Notes under the pieces: model-generated | Told to the model about the DNA's origin: nothing | Databases searched by the model: none | The model's input: only the letters and a program-made list of their open reading frames with translations | Part shown: piece by piece, positions 17,791-27,099 of the stretch | How positions within the stretch are numbered: the first letter of the stretch is position 1 | Layout of the letters: each line of letters starts with the position of its first letter | Position numbers and translations under genes: made by a program | DNA from: an uncultured Gemmatimonadales bacterium | GTDB taxonomy: Bacteria > Gemmatimonadota > Gemmatimonadetes > Longimicrobiales > Longimicrobiaceae | Length of the DNA stretch: 64,000 nt | NCBI GenBank assembly: GCA_963716255.1 | Contig: OY970303.1 | Coordinates: 928,001 to 992,000, forward strand | Direction: 5' to 3'

Positions 17791-19569
17791 ATGAGAAACG
17801 AGATCGGCGTGACACACGAGGAGCACCCGCGGCAGGCCGCCCCGCTGGCCGAGCGGGCGCTCCGGCAGATGCCGGCGGCGGTGGCCGTCGTGGACGCGGA
17901 CACGGGGCGCGTGGTGCTGGCGAGCGCGCGAGCGGAGGACGGCGAGGGCCCGCCCGGGTTTCCCGGTGCGGGCCCCGGTGCCGCCCTGCGCCCCGACGGA
18001 ACGCCGTACCCGCCGGGGGAGTGGCCGCTGGCGCGCTCCCTCCGGGACGGCGAGACCGTCACCGGCCAGGAGGTCGCGTTCCGGCGGGAGGACGGGTCCA
18101 CGGTCGTGTACCTGCTCCATACCGCCCCGGTGCGCGACGACGCCGGGCGCATCGCCGCGGGGGTCGCGCTCTGGACCGAGGTCACCGGGGCGCGCCGCGC
18201 CGCCGCCGAGCACGAGGACCTGCTGGGGCGCGAGCGGGAGGCCCGCGAGGAGGCCGTGCTCGCCCGCACCGTGGCCGAGGCCGCGCAGCTGGAGGCCCAG
18301 GCGGCGGACACCGCCAAGTCCAGCTTCCTGGCCAGCATGAGCCACGAGATCCGCACCCCCATCAACGCCATCATGGGGTACACCGACCTCCTGGACCTGG
18401 GGCTCAGCGGGCCGGTGAACGAGGGGCAGCACGCCCAGCTCGCCCGCATCCGCGACAGCAGCCGGCACCTGCTTTCGCTGGTCAACGAGGTGCTGGACGT
18501 CGCCAAGATCGACGCCGGCGAGATGGAGGTGGACCGCGAGCCCGGGCGCCTGGCCGACGCCGTGGACGCCGCGCTGGACATGGTGCGGCCCCAGGCGGCC
18601 GAGCGCGGCCTCGCCCTGTCCGAGCGCTGCGAGGGCGACCCGCACGCCTCCTTCCTGGGGGACGCCGGGCGCGTGCGCCAGATCGCCGTCAACCTGCTTT
18701 CCAACGCCGTCAAGTTCACCCCCTCCGGGGGGCGGATCCGCGTGGCGTGCGGGGTCGCGCCGCACCCGCACGGCGAGGTGTCCGCCACGCACGCCGGGCC
18801 CTGGGCGTACCTGGCGGTGGAGGACAACGGCATCGGGATCGCGCCGGGGGTGACCGTGCGCATCTTCGAGCCCTTCGTGCAGGCCGAGGAGGGGCGCACC
18901 CGGCGCGCCGGCGGCACGGGGCTGGGGCTCACCATCAGCCGCAAGCTCGCCCGCCTGATGAAGGGCGACCTCACCGTCCGCAGCCAGCCGGGCGAGGGCT
19001 CCACCTTCACCCTCTGGCTCCCGGCCGCGGAGCCGCCCCAGGACGGGGGCGGCGACCCCACCGCGGGGCGCGCCGCCCCGCCCCGCATCCGCGGCATCGC
19101 GGGGCTGGGCATGCGCATGCTGGACGAGGTGGACTCCGTGTGCCAGCGGTTCGTCCTGCGGTTCCGCGCCGACCCTCCCGTCCCGCAGGTGGCCGCCCTC
19201 CCCGACTCGGTGGTCCGCAACCACTTCGCCGCGCTGGTCACCGACGCGGTGCAGTGCCTGGTCATCCTGGAAGAATCGCCCGACGACGCCGCCGACCTGA
19301 TGCTGGACGGCAGCGCCATCCAGCGCACCATCGCCGACCGCCACGGCTTCCAGCGCCACCGCCTGGGGTGGACCGAGGAGGCGGTGCGCGAGGACTACCG
19401 CGTCCTCATGGAGGAGGTGGAGGCGTGCACCCGGGACTCCGCCCGGGACGTCCCCGACCCCGACCCGGAGCTCGCGCTCTCGCTGCTGCGCAGCTTCATG
19501 CAGCAGGCCGTGAACATCAGCATCCGCGCCTTCCGCATCGCCCGGCGGGCGGACGAGCACCCGCGGTAG
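17791..19569 (+). CDS. PAS histidine kinase with extra C-terminal helical (RsbRD_N/globin-like) domain
   Basis: PDGTPYPPGEWPLAR PAS, MSHEIRTPIN, NLLSNAVKFT, GGTGLGL, C-terminal HGFQRHRLGW..EDY. Confidence 0.9.
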   Translation: MRNEIGVTHEEHPRQAAPLAERALRQMPAAVAVVDADTGRVVLASARAEDGEGPPGFPGAGPGAALRPDGTPYPPGEWPLARSLRDGETVTGQEVAFRREDGSTVVYLLHTAPVRDDAGRIAAGVALWTEVTGARRAAAEHEDLLGREREAREEAVLARTVAEAAQLEAQAADTAKSSFLASMSHEIRTPINAIMGYTDLLDLGLSGPVNEGQHAQLARIRDSSRHLLSLVNEVLDVAKIDAGEMEVDREPGRLADAVDAALDMVRPQAAERGLALSERCEGDPHASFLGDAGRVRQIAVNLLSNAVKFTPSGGRIRVACGVAPHPHGEVSATHAGPWAYLAVEDNGIGIAPGVTVRIFEPFVQAEEGRTRRAGGTGLGLTISRKLARLMKGDLTVRSQPGEGSTFTLWLPAAEPPQDGGGDPTAGRAAPPRIRGIAGLGMRMLDEVDSVCQRFVLRFRADPPVPQVAALPDSVVRNHFAALVTDAVQCLVILEESPDDAADLMLDGSAIQRTIADRHGFQRHRLGWTEEAVREDYRVLMEEVEACTRDSARDVPDPDPELALSLLRSFMQQAVNISIRAFRIARRADEHPR

Positions 19570-19681
19570 GCCCGGTCCGCCAAAACTGCGCACGGTGCTT
19601 GCACGGGCCGGGCGCTCCGCCGCGGGTGGAGGGTTCCGGCCCCCGCGGGCATCGCGACACCACCCGGAGAAGAGAGACACC

Positions 19682-20278
19682 ATGGCCGACATCGACATCG
19701 AGAAAAAGAAAAGCGGAATGGGGATCCTCCCGTGGATCCTGGGGCTCATCCTGCTCGCTCTGATCCTGTGGGGGCTGACGCGGTGCGGCGGCGACGACGC
19801 CGGGGAAAGGGAGACGGTGATCACGACCACGGGCGACCGCGGCGACCCGGCCGTGGCGCCCATGCCCATGGACACCGGGATGGCGATGGCCGACACCACG
19901 GCGGCGGGCGCGGCCGGCGTGGCGGGCGCGGCAGGAGCAGCGGGTGCGCTCCCGATCGCGGCGATCCTGGCCAGCCCGGGGCAGTACGGCACGCAGTCCG
20001 TGTCCGGCAGCGCCCGCGTCACCGACGTGATCTCCGACCGCGGGTTCTGGGTGGAGGAGGGCGGCCAGCGCATGTTCGTGGTCATTGCCGAGCCGCAGTC
20101 CGCGGAGCAGGTCGTCGACATCAACGCCGGGCAGACGATCCGCCTTTCCGGCTCCGTGCGCGAGGGCTCGACCGCGGGCCAGCTCACCGGGGTGGAGCAG
20201 GAGGCGCAGCGGACCGCGCAGGGCCAGCCTGCCTTCCTGCTGGTGAACCCGTCGGAGGTGTCCGTCTCCACGCCCTGA
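19682..20278 (+). CDS. Membrane-anchored hypothetical protein
   Basis: MADIDIEKKK followed by TM PWILGLILLALILW, a low-complexity linker and a beta-rich C-terminal domain. Confidence 0.75.
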   Translation: MADIDIEKKKSGMGILPWILGLILLALILWGLTRCGGDDAGERETVITTTGDRGDPAVAPMPMDTGMAMADTTAAGAAGVAGAAGAAGALPIAAILASPGQYGTQSVSGSARVTDVISDRGFWVEEGGQRMFVVIAEPQSAEQVVDINAGQTIRLSGSVREGSTAGQLTGVEQEAQRTAQGQPAFLLVNPSEVSVSTP

Positions 20279-20400
20279 GACGGCTTCGCGGCGGGGGGTG
20301 CCACGGCACCCCCCGCCCGCGCCGCCCTCGCCCCGCCCCGCCCGGCACCCTAGATTCGTGTCGCCCCGGCGCTCCGCCGGCGCCGCCCCGCGACCCCACG

Positions 20401-21273
20401 ATGCGACCCGACCCCGACCTCGCTCCCCCCGCTTCCGTGTCCGGCCTTCCCTGCCGGGTCGCCACCCGCTACGTGCAGCCGCTGCGCGAGGGCGGCACGC
20501 TCCCGGCCGTGGTGGACACCGACGGCGGCGGGCTGTTCGTCGTCAAGTTCCGCGGCGCGGGTCAGGGAGCGAAGGCGCTGGTGGCGGAGCTGGTGGTGGG
20601 GCTGCTCGCCCGCGAGGCGGGGCTCCCCGTCCCGGATCTCGCCCTGGTGGAGGTGCTCCCCAGCTTCGGGCGCACCGAGCCCGACCCGGAGATCCGCGAG
20701 CTGCTGAAGCGGAGCCACGGCGTCAACGTGGGAATGCGCTACCTGGACGGCGCCTTCAACTTCGACGCGTCCGCGGCGGGCGACCTGGTGTCGCCGGAGC
20801 TGGCGGCGCGCGTGGTGTGGCTGGACGCCTTCGCCACCAACCCCGACCGCACCGCCCGCAACCCCAACCTGCTGGTGTGGGAGCGCCGCCCCTGGCTCAT
20901 CGACCACGGCGCCGCGCTGTATGCCCAGCACAACTGGCCCTCGGTGGACGAGACGCGCGCCCGCACCGCTTTTCCCCTGATCCGCGACCACGTGCTGCTG
21001 GCCGCCGCCGGCGACCTGGAGGCCGCCGACGCGGAGCTGGCCGCGCGCTTCACCGACACGGCGCTCGCCGGCGTGCTCGCCCGGGTGCCTGACTCGCTGC
21101 TGGAGGATCCCGCCGTGGCGGCGGACTTTCCCTCGCCGGAGGCGGCGCGCGAGCGCTACGCCGGCTACCTGGCCACGCGGCTGCGCGGGCCGCGCGCCTG
21201 GGTGGCGGAGGCCGCGTCCGCGCGCGAGCGGCGGCTCGCGGAGCCGCCCCGCCGGCTCGCCGCCCGCCGGTGA
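20401..21273 (+). CDS. HipA-like kinase
   Basis: RYVQPLREGGTLP, VVKFRGAGQG, NPDRTARNPNLL, LIDHG. Confidence 0.88.
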   Translation: MRPDPDLAPPASVSGLPCRVATRYVQPLREGGTLPAVVDTDGGGLFVVKFRGAGQGAKALVAELVVGLLAREAGLPVPDLALVEVLPSFGRTEPDPEIRELLKRSHGVNVGMRYLDGAFNFDASAAGDLVSPELAARVVWLDAFATNPDRTARNPNLLVWERRPWLIDHGAALYAQHNWPSVDETRARTAFPLIRDHVLLAAAGDLEAADAELAARFTDTALAGVLARVPDSLLEDPAVAADFPSPEAARERYAGYLATRLRGPRAWVAEAASARERRLAEPPRRLAARR

Positions 21274-21716
21274 GGGGCGGCGTGGGGGCCCGCGCCTGGA
21301 ACGGCTACGACTTCGCGGTGGTGCGCGTGGTGCCGCACCCCTTCACCGGCGCCTTCGTCCCGGTGGGCGTGGTGGTGCACGCCCGCACCCGCGAGTTCCT
21401 GGGAATGCGCGTGGTCACCGACCCCGCCGAGCTGGCGGCGCGGGTGCCGGAGCTGGACGCCGAGCTGCTCGCCCGCTACCTGTGCGCCCTGCGCGCGGTG
21501 TGCGAGGGGGAGCCCGCGGCCGGCCCGGTGGCGCTCGCCTCGCCCTCGGAGCGGTTTCACTGGCTCACCGCGCCCCGCTCCGACGTGATCCAGAGCGGAC
21601 CCGTGCACGGCGGCCTGTGCGACGACCCGGAGGCCGCGCTGGAGGAGCTTTTCGCCACGTACGTACAGGGCTCCGGGGGGAAACACGCGGTTCAGGGCCG
21701 CCCCGGTGGCCCCTAA
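21270..21716 (+). CDS. DUF3037 domain protein
   Basis: YDFAVVRVVP..VGVVV..ERFHWLTAPRSDVIQSGPVHGG; GTGA overlap with the kinase stop. Confidence 0.88.
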   Translation: MRGGVGARAWNGYDFAVVRVVPHPFTGAFVPVGVVVHARTREFLGMRVVTDPAELAARVPELDAELLARYLCALRAVCEGEPAAGPVALASPSERFHWLTAPRSDVIQSGPVHGGLCDDPEAALEELFATYVQGSGGKHAVQGRPGGP

Positions 21717-21811
21717 CCTGCATGCAGGATTGCAGTTATGCGAAACCTCCGGCCGCGGTGGCGGCCGGTGGGGGCGGGACCCCGGATCCAGCGAGCGGAG
21801 CGCGAAGGAGA

Positions 21812-22177
21812 ATGGCACTGAGAAGCTTCACGGCCCCGGACGGAACGGCCTGGCTGGCCTGGAAGGTGACCCCCGCCTCGGTGCTGTACGACGGTCCTCA
21901 GCGGCGCCTCCGCGACCGGCGCGGGCAGGACGTGATCCTCTACCGCGGCCCGGAGCGCAGGGTCACCGAGCGGCGCCGGAGCGCGCCCAGCCGCCCCCTG
22001 CTCACGGGCAAGCTCGACAACGGGTGGCTGGCCTTCGAGGCGGAGTCGGGCGAAGCGAAGCGCCGCCTCTGCCCGCCGCCCGAGGGGTGGGAGCGCCTCC
22101 CGGACGCCGAGCTGGTGCGGCTGTGGCACGCCGCCGAGCCCGTCCGGGGCACCGTCCCCGCCGCCGGCCACAACTAG
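21812..22177 (+). CDS. Hypothetical protein
   Basis: AAGGAG RBS; RSFTAPDGTAWLAW..GWLAFE..KRRLCPPPEGWE..EL. Confidence 0.8.
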   Translation: MALRSFTAPDGTAWLAWKVTPASVLYDGPQRRLRDRRGQDVILYRGPERRVTERRRSAPSRPLLTGKLDNGWLAFEAESGEAKRRLCPPPEGWERLPDAELVRLWHAAEPVRGTVPAAGHN

Positions 22178-22280
22178 CCGCGGCACCGTCCCTGCACCGG
22201 CACTCCACCCGGGAGCGGCGCGCTCCCGGGCGCGCCGCCCGTCCGCCCCGTCCACCCACACCCGCCGGGACCAGACTCCG

Positions 22281-22520
22281 TTGACCAGCGAAGCCGAGCC
22301 GGCCGCGCCCGTGCGCGACCCCCACGAGGCGGACGTGCGCCGCCTCACCGCCGCCCTGGAGGACATCGTGGCCCTCGCCCTGTCGGCGGGGGACGCCCGC
22401 CAGCGGGCCATCCTCATGCACCGCCGCGCCGTCGCCGCGCTCTCGGGCGCGGACCGCCCGCAGGCCGCCGGCGACGCCGGGCCCCCCGCGCGGCCCCGGG
22501 CCGACGCCGCGAACCCGTAG
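22281..22520 (+). CDS. Small hypothetical protein
   Basis: 79-aa ORF with host-like codon usage, in the same direction as its neighbours; TTG start. Confidence 0.45.
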   Translation: MTSEAEPAAPVRDPHEADVRRLTAALEDIVALALSAGDARQRAILMHRRAVAALSGADRPQAAGDAGPPARPRADAANP

Positions 22521-22719
22521 CCCGCTCTCAGGGGGGCTTTCCCCTCGTCCGTTTCCCGCTCCACCGCTGCCGCCCCACGGGGGCGAGGCTCGCCGCCTCG
22601 CGCCCGTCTCGGCGCGCCCACGCGCCGCGCGCCTGGCCCCACAGTTGCGAATGCCGGGGGTCGCGGCACCCCGTGAAACGACCACGCAACCAGGGACGCA
22701 GCCCGGAGATACGCCACAC

Positions 22720-24564
22720 ATGCCACCCAGCCCCGACCCCGCAGCCGCCGCCGCCGAGCCGCCCGTCCGCGAGGCCGGCGAGCGCCGGGCCGCCGTGCTG
22801 CGCAGCGAGCAGCGCGCCCGCGAGCGGGCCGCGGGGGAGGCGCCCCCGCGCGATCCCTACACCGGCGTGGCCGTGCCGGGAGTCGCCTACCGCGCCTTCG
22901 CCGCGCTCGCCGAGAACGTGCGCGACTATGCCATCTTCCTCATGGACCCGGAAGGCGTGGTCACCTTCTGGGGCGAGGGCGCGCGGCTGATCAAGTTCTG
23001 GACCAAGGACCAGGCGGAGGGCTCCCACCTCCGCATGCTCTACCCGGACGGGGGCGCGGAGGACGGCACCGCCGAGGAGCACCTGCGCAGGGCGGCCGAG
23101 ACCGGCGAGTACTCGGGCGAGGGGCGGCGCATGCGCGGCGACGGGTCCACCTTCTGGGCCGGGATCACGCTCACCGCGCTGCGCGCCGACGACGGCACGC
23201 TGCTGGGCTTCGCCAAGGTCACCCGCGACCTGACGGCGGCGCGCGCGGCGGAGGCGGTGCTGCGGGGGGCGCACGCGGCGGCCGAGGCGGCGCGCCGCGA
23301 CGCGGAGGAGGCGAACCGCGCCAAGAGCATGTTCCTGGCGACCATGAGCCACGAGATCCGCACCCCCATCAACGCGGTGATGGGGTACTCGGACCTGCTG
23401 GACATGGAGATCGCGGGGCCGCTCAACGCGCAGCAGCGCATGCAGCTGGGGCGCATCCGCGCCAGCAGCATGCACCTCCTGGGGCTGGTCAACGAGGTGC
23501 TGGACTTTTCCCGCCTGGAGGCGGACCGGGTGGCGGTGGACCGCTCGGCGGGGCGGCTGGGGCCGGCGGTGGCGGGCGCGCTCTCGCTGGTGCAGCCGCA
23601 GGCGGAGCGGCGCGGGCTGGCGCTGGCGGACTCGGTGTCGGGGCAGGCGGCGGACGTGGCCTACCTGGGGGACGAGGAGCGGGTGCGCCAGGTGCTGGTC
23701 AACCTGCTCTCCAACGCGGTCAAGTTCACGCCGGAGGGCGGGCGCGTCACCGTGAGCGCGGGCACCGCGGAGCTGCCGCCGCCGGAGGCGCGCGTGGAGG
23801 GCGAGGGCCCGTGGGCCTTCGTGCGGGTGGAGGACACGGGGCCGGGGGTCGCGCCCGAACGGCTGGTCGCCGTGTTCGAGCTGTTCGAGCAGGCGGACAT
23901 GAGCCTGACGCGCCAGCACGGGGGGACGGGGCTGGGGCTCGCCATCAGCCGGCGCCTGGCGCGGCTCATGGGCGGCGACCTCACCGTGCGCAGCGAGCCG
24001 GGCGTGGGTTCGTCGTTCTTCCTCTGGCTCCCGGCGGCCCCCGCGGAGGGGACGGGCGTCGCGGCGGGGGTGGAGCCGCAGGGCGCCGCGACGTCGCCGG
24101 GGCTGCTGGAAGGGGTGCGCGACGCGCTGCTCCCCGACCTGGAGCGCATCCTCCACGTGTACGTGGCCCGGCTGCGCAGCGACCCCGGAACGCCCACCGC
24201 GCACGGCATGGGCGAGACGGAGCTGGAGGACCACCTGGCCACCTTCCTGGCGGACGTGGCCCAGACGCTGGGCGGCATGGACCTTTCCTCGGGCGCGGAG
24301 GACGAGGGGCTGCGCGCGGGGTCGGCGATCCAGCACACCGTCGCGGAGTGGCACGGCCGGCAGCGGCGCCGCCTGGGGTGGGGCCCGGAGGAGGTGCGGC
24401 GCGAGTTCGAGATCCTGAGCGAGGAGCTGGGGGCCGCCATCCGGCGGCGGGTGCGGGGCGAGAAGGGGGTGGAGGTGGAGCGAGCGGTGGACGCGGTGGG
24501 GGAGTTCGTGGCAGCGGCGGAGCGCGTGAGCCTGGCGGAGTACGGGGAGGCGGTCGCGGGCTGA
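22720..24564 (+). CDS. PAS histidine kinase with extra C-terminal helical domain (paralogue of 17791-19569)
   Basis: DYAIFLMDPEG PAS, MSHEIRTPIN, NLLSNAVKFT, HGGTGLGL, C-terminal HGRQRRRLGW..REF. Confidence 0.9.
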   Translation: MPPSPDPAAAAAEPPVREAGERRAAVLRSEQRARERAAGEAPPRDPYTGVAVPGVAYRAFAALAENVRDYAIFLMDPEGVVTFWGEGARLIKFWTKDQAEGSHLRMLYPDGGAEDGTAEEHLRRAAETGEYSGEGRRMRGDGSTFWAGITLTALRADDGTLLGFAKVTRDLTAARAAEAVLRGAHAAAEAARRDAEEANRAKSMFLATMSHEIRTPINAVMGYSDLLDMEIAGPLNAQQRMQLGRIRASSMHLLGLVNEVLDFSRLEADRVAVDRSAGRLGPAVAGALSLVQPQAERRGLALADSVSGQAADVAYLGDEERVRQVLVNLLSNAVKFTPEGGRVTVSAGTAELPPPEARVEGEGPWAFVRVEDTGPGVAPERLVAVFELFEQADMSLTRQHGGTGLGLAISRRLARLMGGDLTVRSEPGVGSSFFLWLPAAPAEGTGVAAGVEPQGAATSPGLLEGVRDALLPDLERILHVYVARLRSDPGTPTAHGMGETELEDHLATFLADVAQTLGGMDLSSGAEDEGLRAGSAIQHTVAEWHGRQRRRLGWGPEEVRREFEILSEELGAAIRRRVRGEKGVEVERAVDAVGEFVAAAERVSLAEYGEAVAG

Positions 24565-24583
24565 GTGGCAGCCGGGCGCCGCG

Positions 24584-25060
24584 CTATCCGCGCGCGCGCC
24601 CGGCCTGCCGCGGCGGGTCCAGCGCCCTGAAGGCGTCCAGCGCGGTTTCCATGGACGTGCCGTGGCCCTCCCGCCCGGACAGGCGGGCGAACTCCTCCAC
24701 GAACGCGGCGTGGGTCTCCAGCGACGCGGGCTGCCGGGCACCGGCCTCGGTGCTGCGCAGGGTGCTCGTCAGCTCGTCCTCGCCCGGGAAGCCGAGCGAG
24801 CGGCTCCAGTCGGCGAACGCTTCGGCCAGCCGCTGCGACAGGCGGATGGACTCGAACATCGAGAACCCCCGCACGTGCCGCGCGTGCATCCACGCGCACC
24901 GGCGCCCCCGCTGCATGGCCCGCACGCCCGCGTGGCCGTGGTCCTCGGTCTCCGGCAGGGGAGTCATGCCCTTGGACGTCAGGCAGTAGTCCCGCACGGC
25001 TTCGAAGAACACCTCCCACGTGTCCTGGGGACTGCTCGGCTCGGGCGTCTCGGACACCAT
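24584..25060 (-). CDS. Hypothetical protein
   Basis: ATG at 25060 with GAGAGG upstream; GC3-biased codons. Confidence 0.6.
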   Translation of the reverse strand: MVSETPEPSSPQDTWEVFFEAVRDYCLTSKGMTPLPETEDHGHAGVRAMQRGRRCAWMHARHVRGFSMFESIRLSQRLAEAFADWSRSLGFPGEDELTSTLRSTEAGARQPASLETHAAFVEEFARLSGREGHGTSMETALDAFRALDPPRQAGRARG

Positions 25061-25537
25061 GGGGTACCTCTCGCGGCTCGCGTGTCGGCCCGTAGAAAGC
25101 TGGAGAGGCCCGCAGCAAATCAGGTGCCCGATCCGGCGGGGTGCGGAGCCGGGGGCCGGGTGTCGGAGCGCTGGGACATGGGACACGTGTGCCACAGGCG
25201 CGGTGGACAGTGCGGCGCAACGGACCGGCCGTCGCTGCGTGCGTCACGGTGCCGGACGGGGACAGGGTATACCCGCGCGGACTCGGCCGGTTGAGTGTCG
25301 CGGCTGGCTGAGCAACGGAGGCACTTCAGGAGAGTTGTCCCGCCGCGCCTTATTAGCTGAGTGCAGTAGCTAGGGCGGGGTGATGTGAACTGGGGCAAGG
25401 ATGCCCCAGAAAATAAACTCCGGCGGGGACAAGAAGGAGACGGGTGTCAGAATACGTATGGGAAGTTAGTTTACAAAGTGGACAGGACGACACCGTCCGA
25501 TCCACTTTCTTCCTTCACCCCCTTCAGGAGCAGTCAC

Positions 25538-25771
25538 ATGCGCGTTTCGTATACCTCTCTGGCGGTTGCAGCACTCCTTTTCCTCGCCGCTTGCGGCACC
25601 AGCTCACCGGAGATCGTCGCACCCAGTAACAGTTCGGCGAACTCTGTCGCGGGTGACGGTGGGGGACTCGGAATGAGCGGCTCAGGCAATGCAATCGCGA
25701 CCGATACCACCGCAGCTAATGTCTCCACGACAGAGCGGGGCGGACTCGGGATGAGCGGCTCGGGGAACTAG
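25538..25771 (+). CDS. 77-aa lipoprotein-type precursor with two identical GGLGMSGSGN repeats
   Basis: AGGAG RBS at 25526-25530; signal peptide with lipobox LAAC (Cys19); repeats at 25661-25690 and 25739-25768, the second at the C-terminus. Confidence 0.85.
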   Translation: MRVSYTSLAVAALLFLAACGTSSPEIVAPSNSSANSVAGDGGGLGMSGSGNAIATDTTAANVSTTERGGLGMSGSGN

Positions 25772-25776
25772 TCAAC

Positions 25777-27099
25777 TCAGGGATATACGAGGGCGCGCGT
25801 GGGACTTTCAGGTCCATTGTCTCGCCGCGCCCTCATTGCATGCGCAAGCTGGACAGTGAGTTCATCAACCTCTACATCCGCGTGAGCCGCAGGAGTCGGG
25901 ATCATGCGCCGACGATCTTTGAACACCTTCGCAACCGAATCATCACAAATCACATTCTGGTTCAGTGCTTCGACGATCGCTGCTGCAGCAATAATTGCCT
26001 CTGACTCTTTCCGCTCCCGCGCCACACTTAGTGCTTCGGCCGCCGCAAAAGCTGAACGTTCCCACTGGCCTAAATTTCCGGCTCCCAATGCAAGCTGGAC
26101 CAAGGCCGCAGCATGCCCCTGTCGAGTAACCTGCTGCCGAATGAGAGACCATGCTTCAATCCACATTCCTTCAAATGATTCAACCCACCTCGCCCCAGCC
26201 GCAGCTCGGGCGAGATTGGCAAACAACAGAACTCTGTATGGAGGATCCCAGACGTGCTCAGTCAGAGCCGAGAACACCTGCGCGGCATTCTCGAAATTGC
26301 CGTAGTGGTCCATCCAGAACCACGCCACGTCCTTGGCGAGATGGTAGATCTGGATATGCCCTGTTCCATATGCATTTAGCGCCTTTCGAGCATAGTCTAC
26401 CCCCTGCTTTTCATCCCCGAACGAAAAACTCATCACCGCCAGATCGTAAAGCGCATCTCCCTCCAGTGTCCGCAGCCCGCGGAGCTTTGCCATACGACGG
26501 GTGACTTCGTGCAGCCGCCGCGCTTTCGGAAGATTGCCGCGTTGCCGGTGCAGGTTTCCAAGGCTGGAGAGCGCCAGCGTTGCCACATCCCATTTATCCG
26601 ACGAGCGGGCGACGTAGTGCGCCCACTTCAGCCACGCCTCGGACTCCTCGTAGAAAGCCATCCTCCGGGCGACGCGGCCCAGGTTGTACGCGTAGTGCGG
26701 GTTGTCCGGGTAGATGTCCTCCGCCGCGTGCAGCAGCCCCACCGCCGTCCGGTACGCTCCCCGCTCGTCCGCCCACATCGCCGCGTTGAAGCAGCAGAAC
26801 GCCACAGCTTCCAGGGTGTCGTCGTCGGGCTCCGGGTCGCGCAGCAGCCGGTCGAGCGCGGCCAGGCTCGGCCGCAGCGAAGGGTTCACGTCCGCGTAGA
26901 CCTGGAGCGGCGCGTCCCCGTCGTCCACCGGCGCCCCGTGCCAGTCGCGCACCCGGCGCAGCGCCTGCCACAGGCGCAGCCCCTCGCTCTCCAGCCCCAG
27001 CGATTCGAACTCCGACAGCACGTACATGAACGCGAGGGTGCCCGACTGCGGGATGTGGATCTTGGGCGGAACGGGGGGCTCGCACCGGGATACAGGCAT
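25777..27099 (-). CDS. Tetratricopeptide-repeat (TPR) protein; start uncertain
   Basis: Helical repeats such as YAYNLGRVARRMAFYEESEAWL, ALSSLGNLHRQRGNLPKARRLH and ALYDLAV..GDEKQGVDYARKAL; no signal peptide. Confidence 0.85.
   Translation of the reverse strand: MPVSRCEPPVPPKIHIPQSGTLAFMYVLSEFESLGLESEGLRLWQALRRVRDWHGAPVDDGDAPLQVYADVNPSLRPSLAALDRLLRDPEPDDDTLEAVAFCCFNAAMWADERGAYRTAVGLLHAAEDIYPDNPHYAYNLGRVARRMAFYEESEAWLKWAHYVARSSDKWDVATLALSSLGNLHRQRGNLPKARRLHEVTRRMAKLRGLRTLEGDALYDLAVMSFSFGDEKQGVDYARKALNAYGTGHIQIYHLAKDVAWFWMDHYGNFENAAQVFSALTEHVWDPPYRVLLFANLARAAAGARWVESFEGMWIEAWSLIRQQVTRQGHAAALVQLALGAGNLGQWERSAFAAAEALSVARERKESEAIIAAAAIVEALNQNVICDDSVAKVFKDRRRMIPTPAAHADVEVDELTVQLAHAMRARRDNGPESPTRALVYP

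Noticed and set aside
25385..25537. Upstream extension of the peptide ORF to 128 aa
   Set aside because: The AGGAG RBS and signal peptide fit the ATG at 25538 much better.
25538..25771. RiPP precursor with repeated cores
   Set aside because: No modifying enzyme, protease or transporter is adjacent and the leader is a lipoprotein signal. Not excluded if enzymes act in trans.
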